This document shows positions 1 to 14,921 of a stretch of 64,000 nucleotides of DNA, one piece after another. A model generated the notes under the pieces. That model was given only the letters and a program-made list of their open reading frames with translations. It was not told the DNA's origin and made no database searches. Each line of letters starts with the position of its first letter. Position 1 is the first letter of the stretch. A program made the translations under genes and the position numbers. The DNA comes from Octopus vulgaris (taxonomy: Eukaryota), in the NCBI GenBank assembly GCA_951406725.2, contig OX597838.1, forward strand, positions 39,122,001-39,186,000. The letters are read 5' to 3'.

Positions 1-297
1 TCCACCACCACCACCACCACCACCACCACCACCACCCGTAAGAACATCAACAAAAAGTTACGATGACAACAAACAATGACAACGAGCTTGTCAGCTCTGC
101 CACAAAGCTTAAAGATCTGACAAGATTGTTGATAACAACAATCGCGTCTCAGCTTTGGCTAATCTCCAGTGAATATCGGGTTGATGGCAATACAGGTTGC
201 CATCAAACACCACGATGGTTGCAGCTCTTTGTCTCTGCTAATGCAGTGGTGCAGTTGCGCAGTAGTGTAGTCTGTTGTTACCAAATGTTACATGGTG

Positions 298-705
298 TGC
301 TGGCAGAAACGTTAGCACGCCAGGCGAAATGCTTAGCGGTATTTCGTCTGTCTTTACGTTCTGAGTTCAAATTCCGCCGAGGTCGACTTTACCTTTCATC
401 CTTTCGGGGTCGATAAATTAAGTACCAGTTACGCACTGGGGTCGATGTAATCGACTTAATCCGTGTGTCTGTCTTTGTTTGTCCTCTCTGTGTTTAGCCC
501 CTTATGGGTAGTAAAGAAATAGGTATTTCGTCTGTCTTTACGTTCTGAGATCAAATTCCGCCGAGGTCGACTTTGCCTTTCATCCTTTCGGGGTCGATAA
601 ATTAAGTACCAGTTATGCACTGGGGTCGATGTAATTGACTTAATACCTATGTCTGTCCTTGTTTGTCCCCTCTATGTTTAGCCCCTTGTGGGTCATAAAG
701 AAATA
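298..705 (+). mobile_element. SINE family B, tandem dimer
   Basis: Head (a)gctggcagaaacgttagcacgcc, B-box-like GAGTTCAAATTCC, body GCCTTTCATCCTTTCGGGGTCGATAAATTAAGTACCAG, tail GTTTAGCCCCTTGTGGG..TAAAGAAATA. The unit restarts internally at ggtatttcgtc. About ten other copies occur in the window. Confidence 0.8.
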
Positions 706-1249
706 GGTATTTGGCCAACCTCAAGAGAATCTCTGGGTAAAAATCAATACATGTTTGTATCGAACACGGGCGTCCGATAGGAAAGAAACTGCAGTGTTTT
801 GACTATATTGTAGTGTAGAGGTGCGAGGGGATGATGAAGTTGTGGGGGCCGCAATCGTTTCTATTTTACTGTTTAAACCACTCCGCCGTCACCCCAAATC
901 GAGCAGACCAATCGTGAAAAGCGTTCCAGCCATGACCATCCTGACAATATACTTAGGACGACATTATTCAATGCAACCTCTTTTGTTCTTGTTTACCGTT
1001 TTTCTCCGTTTACTTGATTCAGTCATTTTGGACTGTGGCCTTGCTGCAGCATCACCTCGAAGGGTTTAATGTCGAACAAATTGACCCTAGTACTTAGTTG
1101 TTATTGTTTTGTTTTGTTTTGTTTTTTTTTTCTTCTTAAGTCTGGTACTTATTCTATCGTAACTCTTTCGCTGAACCGCTAAGTTACGGGCACGTAAACA
1201 AACCTACATGGGTTGTCTAGCTATGGTGGGAATACAAACAAAGACACAT

Positions 1250-1333
<84 letters not shown>

Positions 1334-1760
1334 AAAGTGTTATTCGTCGCCCCAGGGCTATACTAGAAGACACTTGCACAAAGCGCCGCGCAGTGACACC
1401 GAAATCGAAACCACATGGTTACGAACCAAAGTTTTTAAACACACAGGCATGTGTCTGTTTTTATGTTTTTGTTGTTGTTTTTTGTTTGTTTGTTTGTTTT
1501 TTCATATTTTGCCAGTATCTGTTTTTTATTGTAAAATTAACCCAAAGACTTCAATATATTGCCAAACGCTCTAAAAAACAAACATTCTGATTGGCTGAAA
1601 AATGCAACTAAAACAGTCAGATGATTTCTTTGTGGTGTCCATTGCAATGACCAGCAAAACCAGTGGTTCCCAACCATATTTTATCTGTGTCTCCATTTGC
1701 TCCCTATCTTTCTCGGATGAACCCTTACAGCTATTCCATGTATAAAAAGCCCTCTTATGT

Positions 1761-2004
1761 ACTCTTTTTACTCTTTTACTCTTTTAGTTGTTTCAGTCAT
1801 TTGACTGCGGCCATGCTGGAGCACCGTCTTTATAGTCGAGCAAATCGACCCCAGGACATATTCTTTGTAAGCCTAGTACTTATCCTATCGGTCTCTTTTG
1901 CTGAACTACTAAGTTACGGGGATGTAAACACACCAGCATCGGTTGTCAAGCGATGTTGGGGACAAACACAGACGCACACACATATACACACACATACATA
2001 TATA

Positions 2005-2062
<58 letters not shown>

Positions 2063-2224
2063 ACGGGCTTCTTTCAGTTTCCGTCTACCAAATCCACTCA
2101 CAAGGCTTTGGTTGGCCCGAGGCAATAATAGAAGACACTTTCCCAATGTGCCACGCAGTGGGACTGAACCCGGAACCATGTGGTTGGTAAGCAAGCTACT
2201 TACCACACAGCCACTCCTGCGCCC
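1761..2224 (-). mobile_element. SINE family A (tRNA-like head, internal TA/CA microsatellite)
   Basis: Reverse complement of GCAGGAGTGGCTGTGTGGTAAG...GGTTCAGTCCC (A/B boxes) through tail GCTCCAGCATGGCCGCAGTCAAATGACTGAAACAA and (GAGTAAAA)n; more than 15 copies in the window. Confidence 0.85.
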
Positions 2225-2328
2225 ATAAAAATTTCAACAAACGAATCTTATATGGATTCTCAAGCGTCACACGGACTTCGGTTGACAACTACGAGGTCCT
2301 ACCGTCAACGAAAATTACATAATTGCTT

Positions 2329-2725
2329 GGGCGCAGGAGTGGCTTGCTAACCAACCACATGGTCCCGGGTTCAGTCCCACTGCGTGGCATCTTGGACAAG
2401 TGTCTCCTGCTATAGCCCCGGGCCGACCAATGCCTTGTGAGTGGATTTGGTAGACGGAAACTGAAAGAAGCCTGTCGTATATATGTATATATATATGTGT
2501 GTGTGTGTGTGTGTTTGTGTGTCTGTGTTTGTCCCCCTAGTATTGCTTGACAACCGATGCTGGTGTGTTTACGTCCCCGTCACTTAGCGGTTCGGCAAAA
2601 CAGACCGATAGAATAAGTAGTGAGCTTACAAAGAATAAGTCCCGGGGTCGATTTGCTCGACTAAACACGGTGCTCCGGCATGGCCGCAGTCAAATGACTG
2701 AAACAAGTAAAAGAGTAAAAGAGTA
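2329..2725 (+). mobile_element. SINE family A, near full length, with TSD
   Basis: Family A sequence flanked by direct repeat TAATTGCTTG at 2320-2329 and 2724-2733. Confidence 0.85.
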
Positions 2726-3120
2726 ATTGCTTGTGCGCTGTCTTTAAAAAATGATACTAAACATTGTAGGTATCTTTATGTCCTAAAGAAACACGAAGTC
2801 TGATATGGGGATTCGATACAACAAAGTTATGAAATACTGTACTTGACTTAAACACAGATAAGAGTGGGTATCTGGAAGAGCATCCGGTCTTAGAATACTT
2901 CCTCGATGAGTTTCGTCTCCTCTGTGACAGAATATAGAAAGTGAACGAAATAAAAGGTTGATGGCACTGATGATGATGATACATCTATGTGTATGAGCGT
3001 GTGTGTGCGTGCGCGCACGTGTGTAGATAGATAGATAGATATTTGTGTGTGCGTATGTATGTGTGAGTGTGTATTTTTGTATGTATAAGCATATACGTAG
3101 ATATACAAGTGTAGTTATAC

Positions 3121-3153
<33 letters not shown>

Positions 3154-3155
3154 TT

Positions 3156-3261
<106 letters not shown>

Positions 3262-3311
3262 CATAGATAGATAGATACATAGATAGATAGATACATAGAT
3301 AGATAGATAGA

Positions 3312-3557
3312 TATGTTTCTTTATTAGCCACACAGGGCTGCACACAGATAGAACAAACTACAAGGTAGAGCTTTTCTTTTGAAGGTTTAAAAAAAAAAAA
3401 AAAAAAAAGGAAGGGGGAGTTTCGATCAAAAGGGATCGTAAAGGAGAGAAAGAGGACAAAAAAAAAAAAAAAAAGGGGAGAGGAAAAAAAATTGATCAAT
3501 AGGGATCGTTATCACAGAAATGTCAATATGAAGTGTAAGGAGGACAGGTGAGGTTTA
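3312..3557 (-). mobile_element. 3' UTR-only copy of the L1/Tx1-type LINE
   Basis: Near-identical to 3921-4196 with an internal deletion; its 3' end abuts a (GATA)n array. Confidence 0.8.
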
Positions 3558-3838
3558 TGTAACACAGCGCTCATAACGGCAACCTCGAATGCGTGCTGGT
3601 TTAAATAATCGGGCTGTTACCTAACATTCCGTTGAAAACCTAGAGCGAAGCCGATCGGTAAGATAGGCCGTAATGGATATATAATACCGAACACTTCGAT
3701 TAATACACCCACTCTACTGACAGATATACCAGTGCATTTTTTCCTGACTTATAAAGACTTAGACAGCTTCACGCATGTGTGTGTGTATGTATATATACAT
3801 AAATGTATAAAGATAGATAGATAGATAATCAACAGACG

Positions 3839-3920
<82 letters not shown>

Positions 3921-3922
<2 letters not shown>

Positions 3923-5413
3923 TGTTTCTTTATTAGCCACACAGGGCTGCACACAGATAGAACAAATTACAAGGTAGAGCTTTTCTTTTGAAGGTTTAAA
4001 AAAAAAAAAAAAAAAAAAAAGGAAGGGGGAGTTTCGATCAAAAGGGATCGTAAAAGGAGAGAAAGAGGACAAAAAAAAGGGGGTTAAAAAAAAAAGGGGG
4101 AGAGGAAAAAAAAAAAAAAAAAAAAATTGATCAATAGGGATCGTTATCACAGAAATGTCAATATGAAGTGTAAAGGGGAGGACAGGTGAGGTTTACCCGT
4201 GGAAAGAAAAGCCTACGGAAAAGACCACGGTAACCTCGGTCAATGAAGTCACATTTTATATTTCTTTTTTTTTTTTTTTTTTTTTTGCAAATAAGCAACT
4301 CTCTGTTTTCGATTTCTGGGTTCATAGGACTATGCTCAAGGTGGCTTCGTCATTCATACGTGCCATTCTTGCTACATTCACCCATCTTTTTTTAAAACAT
4401 TCGCTAGACAAAACTTGCCTCTCTACTCTCACTTTCCTTTTCAAGTGGTACTTGAAGAAGTTGATGAGAGATTGACCAGAGAGGAAAGTGTTTGTCTCCA
4501 ATCCTTTCAGACGCGTCCACCAGATACATTCTTTCGCCATAGCCACAAGGATGATGAAAATAGCTCTTCCTTCCCGTTTGAAGGAAGGAGGCGTGACAAT
4601 ATTGACGATAGACTCAGCTGATAAACCGACTCGTCCCACACGTGACAGCAGTTGTTCGACATAAGCCCACAGGTCGGAAATTGTTGGGCACTGAACGAGT
4701 GCGTGCAGAACGGTTTCGTCGCTCTGACCGCATCTCGGGCAGGTCGGCCCCGTGTTTCTCGAGCCGTGTCTGTAGAGCTTATCCCGAACGGGTAGCGCTT
4801 CTCGGTAGCACTGCCAGGCCAGGGATCTCTGGAAGTTGTCCATGGGCCCTGGCCCGAAGGTCGTCCTGAACAGGCGGGTCAGGTACTCCTCGTCGACGTC
4901 CAGGTTCGCCCCGAGCTCGTCGTCGTACCTCCTCCACTAAACCCCTATAGAATGCTTTGGTTGTGTTGAAGTCACTTAAGGTCGACCCAGGACGGCAGAG
5001 TTGCTTGAGAGCAACGCGACACTCGCGGTGCCATTCGCCCTTCCTCGGCCTCTTTTTGATCCACGACTGCAGTTCGGTCATGGAGACGAGCTGCGGGAAA
5101 GCGTGCCTCACAAACGGCGACCACACCTGTTCACCGTCGTCTACATAGAGCCAGAGATGCCGCAGTCTCAGCGCGTGTCTGCGCATCATCAACCACGGCA
5201 TGCCCAGCCCTCCTTTTAACGGGTGTTGACAGCAAATGGATCGCCTGACCATCGGGACGCATCCTTTCCACAAGAAGCGAAAGAGGATGCGTTGTAGTTT
5301 GGTGATGGTAGGGTCGGGACAAGGTACGACGGTCAGGCGGTAGTAGATGACGGACGCGATGTACGTGTTCGCCACCTCCGCTCGACCTTTTAGGGACAGT
5401 TTCCTCTCGGCCC

Positions 5414-5414
<1 letters not shown>
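3921..5414 (-). mobile_element. 5'-truncated L1/Tx1-clade non-LTR retrotransposon
   Basis: ORF2 C-terminal half: '[22 protein letters not shown]', 'KGGLG', zinc knuckle 'CPRC..SDETVLHALVQC'. A T-rich 3' UTR with AATAAA follows, and both ends abut (GATA)n. Confidence 0.88.
4322..5414 (-). pseudogene. LINE ORF2 C-terminus (post-RT region and zf-RVT-like CCHC), frameshifted
   Basis: ORFs 4779..5375 and 4322..4843 join through a frameshift near 4925; motifs are typical of L1/Tx1 ORF2. Confidence 0.85.
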
Positions 5415-5485
<71 letters not shown>

Positions 5486-5580
5486 CTTTTTATTGTGGCC
5501 ACACAGGGCTAAACACAGAATAAAAATGGACGAAATACAATGTAGAGTTTTTTTTCTTTTCGAGGTGGGATGGGTTGGAC

Positions 5581-5693
<113 letters not shown>

Positions 5694-5732
5694 TTGATAG
5701 ATAAAAATTATATTCACCAAGTGATTCCTTAC

Positions 5733-5874
5733 GATGGTACAATTGCTTCCACATTCTTGTACAATTTTTTCTTCAAAGGCCACGATATGTCTGGTCTTTG
5801 AAGAAATACAAGAATGTATTGGAATAATGGTATGGTCGTAAGGCATCGGCTGGTTGATGAAAGTAATATCGACT
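5733..5874 (-). other. Candidate host exon (unidentified)
   Basis: Unique-looking 142 nt between acceptor ...TTTATCAG and donor GTAAGG; two frames are open (e.g. VDITFINQPMPYDHT...CGSNCTI). No homology recognised. Confidence 0.25.
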
Positions 5875-6155
5875 CTGATAAATTAGTTGTATATTGAGTA
5901 CTTTCTCCAGTAATGGTATAAGTGACCAATTACCAAAATATACAGTAAAATTACACATATACATATATAGATAGATAGATAGATAGATACACACACATAT
6001 ATATACATATTTATACATATAATATATATACTATATATATACATATATACATATATAAATGTATATATATACATATATGTATATATGTGTGTGTGTATAT
6101 ATATTTATTTATATGTATAAATATATGTATAGGTATATATATATATATATGATAT

Positions 6156-6216
<61 letters not shown>

Positions 6217-6228
6217 ACATATATATAC

Positions 6229-6304
<76 letters not shown>

Positions 6305-6484
6305 AAGTATATTAGGTGTATGTATACATTCATGCATTACGCAGATATGGCTGTGTGGTAAGAAGCTTGATTCCCAACAACATGGTTCCAGGTTCAGTCC
6401 TACTGTATGACACCTAGGGCAAGTGTGTTCCACGGTAGCCTCGGGACGATTAAATCTTTGTGAGTAGATTTGGTAGACAGAGAC

Positions 6485-6529
<45 letters not shown>

Positions 6530-6558
6530 GCATGTGTGTATAAATATATATATAAATG

Positions 6559-6592
<34 letters not shown>

Positions 6593-6675
6593 CAAATACA
6601 TATTTACATGTAAATAAGTAATATACACATATGTAGATATATATGTATGTCTGTGTGTGTCTATGCATATATGTG

Positions 6676-6762
<87 letters not shown>

Positions 6763-7226
6763 TTACACCAAAATTCTTACATTACATTCTTCATACATAC
6801 ATGAATTCATACATGTATACATACTTTAATACTTACACACGTACATACTTACATAAATTCGTACATACATTATACCTACATACATACATACATTATACAT
6901 ACATACATATATACATACATACATGCATATTTATATACAAGCATCATTCATGTATACATACATACATACACATACATACACACATATATACATATAAAAT
7001 TTGAAGGTTGAATAATTTTACGAAGGAAAATGAAAACAACATGTTTTTTTTATATATATATATCTTTTATTTTCAAACTTGCCACCAAGGAGGTGCCTGG
7101 TCAAAATATACTCGAAAACTCCAATTAGGAGAAGAAAACACATATACATACATTCATATACACATATGCATATATACAGCTATATACATGCAAACGTATA
7201 TATATATATATATATATATATGTAAG

Positions 7227-7274
<48 letters not shown>

Positions 7275-7486
7275 AGCATACATACACACACACACGCACA
7301 CACACGTGTACATCCTTAAAATTTCTATCTAGCATTGTACAATGTTTGTTTTTGTTTCTATACATACGCGTATGTACATATATGTATGTACATATGTATA
7401 CATATATACGTACGTGCGTGAGTGTATGCCTATATATGTGTTTGGGGAAAGCTACATGCGGTTCTATATGTATATGCATATACATG

Positions 7487-7585
<99 letters not shown>

Positions 7586-7629
7586 ACATATATATAGACA
7601 TACATATATATATACATATACATATACAT

Positions 7630-7669
<40 letters not shown>

Positions 7670-7734
7670 TATAGACATACATATATATATACATATACAT
7701 ATACATACAATTATATTTACATGTATATATATAC

Positions 7735-7796
<62 letters not shown>

Positions 7797-8200
7797 GATA
7801 TACATATATATACATATACAATATACATACATATATATAAAGTGTATGCGTATTTGTAAAAGTGTGTGCGTATGTGTGTGCGTGTGTGTGCGTGTGTGCG
7901 TGTGTGTGTGCGTGTGTGCGTGTGTGTGTGCGTGCGGGCGGACAGGCATCTGTTGAGGCACCTATATTTTATGCTTGGTAGACTCATTGGCTGGACGAGT
8001 CCAGCCGAGGAGATATCTTGTTCATAAATAGAACATACGGACATTTTTGTTTGTGTCTATATAATCTTATACATACATTCATGCATATGTACATTCGTCC
8101 ATATCTATATCATACATACGTTCGTTTATTCATACTTACATAGATATTTTTGTATACGTATACATATATTGTGTCTGTGTGTGTTTGTGTGTGTTTGCGC

Positions 8201-8249
<49 letters not shown>

Positions 8250-8498
8250 AGTGTGTGTGTGTATTAAAAATGTCTATACATATATATGTGCGTGTGTAAT
8301 CTAAGTGTATGCGTGTGTGTTCATGTATATATGTTCGTATATATATATATGTGTGTGTGGGTGTGGGGGTGTGGGGGGTGTATGCGTAAGTTTATAACGG
8401 AATGTAAATGGGTATGTGTTTATATATAAATGTACATAAATACATACACATACGCACACACACGGATAGTGACAGAAATGAGAAACAGATAGATAGGC

Positions 8499-8585
<87 letters not shown>

Positions 8586-8591
8586 CAGATC

Positions 8592-8670
<79 letters not shown>

Positions 8671-8671
8671 C

Positions 8672-8710
<39 letters not shown>

Positions 8711-8711
8711 C

Positions 8712-8771
<60 letters not shown>

Positions 8772-8845
8772 GGCTAGTTAGCTGCATATGTTTAAAAATA
8801 AATAAATATATACATATACATGTGTATATATATATATAGATGTGC

Positions 8846-8902
<57 letters not shown>

Positions 8903-8981
8903 CACAAATACTCACATTTGTATGTATATATATCGCATACATATATCTGTATCATGTGTATATATATATATATATAGATGT

Positions 8982-9041
<60 letters not shown>

Positions 9042-9084
9042 CATACATATATACTAAAATTTATATTTGTCTACATGCTTCAGC

Positions 9085-9118
<34 letters not shown>

Positions 9119-9751
9119 CTAAGAGATGTGTGAATAGCTGAAGAGAGTTGTAATAAGCCTGAAATTAGATTAAACTTTAGTGACCTGGCTGATCGTAACA
9201 CTGCTTGAAAACGTCGGAAGCATTATTGAGTCAAAGGTAAATTGAAAAGATTTACACATCAAACGTTTCCAAGGCAGACATTGAGAAGAAAATGTTCCGC
9301 TCAAGTTATGTACGCTATTTCGGCCATCTTTTCTCATCGGACATATACATACAAAAGAGCATATATGCATATGTACGGATACTCGTGTGTATTCATATAC
9401 CTATATATGTATTTATATAAGATAGATACATATATATACATATATAGATATATATAAGTATTCATTTATATGTCTATATATGTGTGTGTATAGGTCGAAT
9501 TACATACGTATGCATATATCTACATACGCAGACAGTAAGTGGGAATATACATATTTTATTAACCAGACGTACATTTAAAGTTACATTCAGACATACATAC
9601 ACATACACACAGAAACTTGCGTTCATATATGTATGTGTGTGAGAAAAATTGTATGTACTTATGTATATATATATATATATATATGATATATATGCATGTA
9701 TGTATGTATATATATATATGTATATATATGTTTGTATGTATATATATATGC

Positions 9752-9798
<47 letters not shown>

Positions 9799-10013
9799 CA
9801 TACATACCATACATACATACATACATACATACATACATTATGTATATATCTACACTCGTATTTTGATGTACATACAAATGTATACACATCCATTGAAATA
9901 TATATGGATATATATTTTACATATATGTATTTATATTCATATACATATCAGCATACATTTATATATAATGTATATACATATATATATGTGCTTATATATA
10001 CACACACACACAC

Positions 10014-10070
<57 letters not shown>

Positions 10071-10110
10071 GTTATTATTATCAATATTATCATTATTATT
10101 ATTGTTATTA

Positions 10111-10180
<70 letters not shown>

Positions 10181-10185
10181 TATTA

Positions 10186-10262
<77 letters not shown>

Positions 10263-10421
10263 GTACATAAATATACCCCTATTTTGTGTACACACACACA
10301 CACACACATTTAATGGCAATAAATACACCCACTCGTACGAATTCGTATATGTGTGGTTATGTGTGTGCATAAATATATATGCGTGTATATAAATATTTAT
10401 AGTTATAGATATATATATGTG

Positions 10422-10467
<46 letters not shown>

Positions 10468-10659
10468 GAGAGAGAGAGCTGAGAGAGTCACCAACGAACG
10501 ACATAAAATGACATACAAACACAGATATGAAAATACATACACACACAGACACACACACAAAACCAGGTTTATATTTGTGTGCGTATGTTCGAAGCTAATC
10601 TAGAAATCTTCGGCCATTTTGCTGTGTGAATATATTCATGTATATATGGATATGTATAC

Positions 10660-11436
10660 ACGTATATGTATGAATGTGTGTGGATGAGTGTGTGTGTGTG
10701 TGTGTGTGTGTACACGTATATATGTATTTCTTTATTTATATGTATGTATGTATGTATGTATTTATGTATGTGTGTATGTATGTATGTATGTATGTATGTG
10801 TGTATGTTTGTATGTATGTATGTATGTTTATGTATGTATGTATGTATGTATGTATGTATGTGTATGTATGTATGTATGTATGTGTGTATGTATGTATGTA
10901 TGTATGTATGTATTTATGTATGTATGTATGTATGTATGTATGTATGTATTTATGTATGTGTGTATGTATGTATGTATGTATGCATGTATGTATGTAAGTA
11001 TGTATGTATGTATGTGTGTGCATGTATGTATGTATGTATGTATGTATGCATGCATGCATGTATGTAAGTATGTATGTATGTATGTGTGTGCATGTATGTA
11101 TGTATGTATGTATGTGTGTATGTATGTATGTGTATGTACGTATGTGTGTATGTATGTATGTGTATGTACGTATGTTTGTATGTATGTATGTATGTGTGTG
11201 TGTATGTATGTATGTATGTATGTGTGTATGTATGCAAATATTGTCAATCTCTGCGTTGCTCCGTATGTTTATGTGTGTATATATGTGTTTCAATGTGTAT
11301 GCCCTTATATATGTGTATATGTGTGTAGGCTTGCATATTATGTGTGTGTTTGGTTGCGGTTGATTTTTGTATATCTGTCTGTGTATGTGTGTATCATTCC
11401 ATGTGTTTCGTGTCCGCTGTCCGAGGCTTAACACAA

Positions 11437-11511
<75 letters not shown>

Positions 11512-11587
11512 AGATAAATAGAAAGAGAGTGAGAGTGAGAGAGATAGGTAGGTAGGTAGATAGACAGACAAACAGACAGTCAGACAG

Positions 11588-11672
<85 letters not shown>

Positions 11673-12050
11673 AACAAATACAAGTACATACATACATACA
11701 TACATACATATATACATATATATACATACATACCTACATAAATACATACATACATACATACATACATACATAAATACATACATACATGCATAAATACATA
11801 CATACATACATACATACATAAATACATACATACATACCTACATAAATACATACATACATACATACATACATACATACATACATACATACATACATACATA
11901 AATACATACATACATACATACATAAATACATACATACATACATACATACATACATACATACATACATACATACATACATACATACATACATACATACATA
12001 CATACATACATACATACATACATACATACATACATACATACATACATACA
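10660..12050. repeat. Compound (TATG)n / (TG)n / (GATA)n / (CATA)n microsatellite block
   Basis: Direct reading; source of the MYVC/HTYI pseudo-ORFs. Confidence 0.95.
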
Positions 12051-12276
12051 GAATAGCAAAAGAGAAATTACCAATGAAGTCGGCTATACTTAAATCAATG
12101 GCTCGAACGGATATTGGTGAAACTTAAGAATTAAAACAGCCTCCAAGTTAAACACAACCGTCTATATATTGTTGCGAGGAGCCACAAGAATAATATATGG
12201 TCTCCTTTGGAACCCAGCTGCTCCCTGGGTACCAATGTTGTCTGGAAAATACAGGAGAAAGAGGACATCTACTTAC

Positions 12277-12368
12277 CACTGATAAGGTGTTTGCAAATTT
12301 TGTACCCAAAACAGGCTTTCAGTTTCATAGCTACGCCTACAGATGCAACAGGATAAATACCAACCTGT
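12277..12368 (-). other. Candidate host exon (unidentified)
   Basis: Acceptor CTTCGTTCCAG and consensus donor G|GTAAGT; non-repetitive sequence with two open frames. Confidence 0.3.
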
Positions 12369-12399
12369 CTGGAACGAAGTATGACTCTTGAAGAAATAA

Positions 12400-12680
12400 T
12401 TGTTTGTTCCTTCTCGAGCCACGCCTGGCTGATAAGGGCCTGTTTTCCGATTTCCTTGGCGTATAGGTTCCCCACCTGGACGGGACGCTGGTCCGTCGCA
12501 GGTGAGCTGCAAGATGCAGGAGGAAAGAGTGAGAGAAATTTGTGGCGAAAGAGTCAGCATAAGTTCTGCCAGAGCCGCGTGGAGCTTAGGTGCTACGCTC
12601 ATAAACACACACATCGCCCGGTCTGAGATTCGAACCCGCAATCCATCGACCGCGAGTCCGCTGCTCTAACCACTAGGCCA
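12400..12680 (-). mobile_element. SINE family C, short-tail subfamily (tRNA-like head)
   Basis: Minus strand GGCCTAGTGGTTAGAGCAGCGGACTCGCGGTC...GGGTTCGAATCTC with A/B boxes; same subfamily as 49045-49345. Confidence 0.8.
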
Positions 12681-12754
12681 CTGAGGAAATGATACAGCAC
12701 CTTAATTCATATGCTAAGAATGTTCGTGATGTCTGGTACACTAAATGTCTACAG

Positions 12755-12973
12755 CAGTGCTTTTCAAACTTTTTGCTGGAGCGGAACCCCAAGGAAACAT
12801 TCCACTGGCTCGAGGAACCCCTGTGCAATAATTTAATAGTCTTATGCACACATATCTGCACAGGCGACTTAAAAATTACTGCCGATTTTAGCAGTTTTGT
12901 AACTTCTTGCGTAACCCCTGCACTGTAATGGCGGAACCCTAAGGTTCCGCGGAACCCTGGTTGAAAACCATTG
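12755..12973. mobile_element. hAT-type MITE
   Basis: Imperfect TIRs CAGTGCTTTTCAA / TTGAAAACCATTG and a perfect 8-bp TSD GTCTACAG (12747-12754, 12974-12981). Confidence 0.85.
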
Positions 12974-13480
12974 GTCTACAGGTTATTCAAAAAATTTAAC
13001 GATGATGAACCAAAGATTCTTTCCTTCGCCACTTTGCTACGAAGCATGTGGCCAGTCTAAAAGAAAAGAGACAAAGAATGGATACATACGACTTCTTCAT
13101 TCATCTTGTTTAATGACAAGACAAACTTTGCTCCTATTATAACAGATTCATCTGTTTTATTAACTATTAATTGGACTGGCTTCTGTGTCTCTCTATTTAA
13201 AATATGTATCATTTATCTTTTATTTTTTACTTGTTTCAGTCATTAGACTGCGGCCGTGCTGGGGCACCACCTCGAAAAATTTTTAGTCGAATGAATCGCC
13301 ATCAGTACTTTTCTTTTTAAATCTGATACTTATTATATCGGTCTCTTTTGCCGAACCGCTTGGTTACGGGAACGTAAACACACCAACACCGGTTGTCAAC
13401 CAGTGGGTGTGATTAACTCAGATACAAAGGCGCACGAACAGACATAAATGCATATGTGTATGTGTGTGTGTGTGTGTATG

Positions 13481-13625
13481 TAGGGAGAATTCACAAAAAA
13501 AACAAAAAACTAAGACAGGTGGTGTAGACAACAAACAGATGTATTAGTATAACGCTCGGGAAGTGAAAAAGTCTTTAACGTTTCGAGCCTACGCTCTTCC
13601 ACAGAAAGGGAAAAAGCAAGAAGAG
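13481..13625 (-). mobile_element. Short PLE-derived insert with minimal hammerhead-like motif
   Basis: Minus strand CTTT CTGTGGA A GAGC GTAG GCTC GAAA CG TT AAAG; homologous to 24218-24402. Confidence 0.55.
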
Positions 13626-13850
13626 AAATTGAAACTGCGATCTCGCATTCGTGAGAGAAACACCTTAAACACCAGGCCATACGTCCTTATACTTCTACAA
13701 GTGTATATTTGATAAAAACTTTTGTAAGTTAATCAAAACCACTTTTCTTCTCCAGTTTTTCATTCCCTCAAAAACACCCAAAGAATGTGAAAGGATACTA
13801 GTCAACATGTAGGAATAACCAAATTATACAAATTAATATATAAAGTATAT

Positions 13851-14421
13851 TATTGGATTGTCCGGAAAGTTCGTGCCGATTTTTAAAGGAAAGAAGAAGG
13901 TCAATAAATATTTGCCATTACATTTTTAATCAACCAAATATGAATCATTTTGTTGCACAATGCATCTCCATCTTTCCTTTAACTTGAAAATACCCTCTTC
14001 CCAGAATTGAGGTGGTTTCATGTCAAAATATTCATCAACGTATCTTTTTACGTCATCCAAGGAATTGAAATTTTTACCATTAAGACTATTCTGCAGAGAC
14101 CTGAATAAGTGGAAATTCGAAAGAGCAATATCCAGTGAATATGGAGGGTGGGGTAACACATCCCAGCTGAGCTGCAGCAATTTTTGTCTGGTTCCCAAAG
14201 CATCAAGTGCCGAAAAGGAAATTTCTTATCTACAGTTTTAAATGGCTACAGAATTAACACAGGTTATAGGAACATAAACCTTCTTCCACAAAAAGATAGT
14301 TTAAACTATGCTCTAAATGGAGGTGTAGTCAAATCCTATTTTATGGACTCAACCAAGTTCTAAAATAAGTCGAAAGGTAAGCTGCTATAAATCGGCATGA
14401 ACTTTTCCGGACAACTTAATA
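13851..14421 (-). mobile_element. Internally deleted mariner (Tc1/mariner) element
   Basis: ~30-bp TIRs TTGGATTGTCCGGAAAGTTCGTGCCGATTT / AAATCGGCATGAACTTTTCCGGACAACTTAA with flanking TA. Transposase C-terminus 'HPPYSLDIALSNFHLFRSLQNSL' (YSPDLAPxD motif, decayed) at 13926-14198. Confidence 0.92.
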
Positions 14422-14839
14422 AATACATGAAATACATAATTTGAAGAAATAGCTTTGCAAATATTTGTGCAAACTTTATATTTCCAGAAGTACACAAAGA
14501 GAAACATTAAAAACCGCATTCCACATTGTAAGATTTTGTCTTGCAGTGAATTAAAATGTTGCAATAAATAAAAGTTAGTTTTGTTATTGAATTGCGTCGT
14601 TGAAATCTTCAATAATAAAAGGTCCTGATGCGGTGAGCTGACAAAATCGTTAGCAGGCCAGGAAAAATGCTCAGCGGCATTTTGAAGTTAGGTTCTAACT
14701 TCAGATTCCGCCAGAGTCGACTTTGCCTTTTATTTCGAGGTCGATAAAATAAGTTTCCTGAGCGTCCAATAATACTATTTTTGTTCCACGTCCTCGCGTT
14801 GTTGTGTTTTTTTTGTGCTTTCTTGTTTAGATTAACTTT

Positions 14840-14921
<82 letters not shown>

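Noticed and set aside
1663-2228. Recurring peptides such as RASFSFRLPNPLTRLW
   Set aside because: Chance frames through multi-copy SINE A, not a gene family.
9617-12074. Long ORFs with poly-Y/L/N and HTYI runs
   Set aside because: Microsatellite translations.
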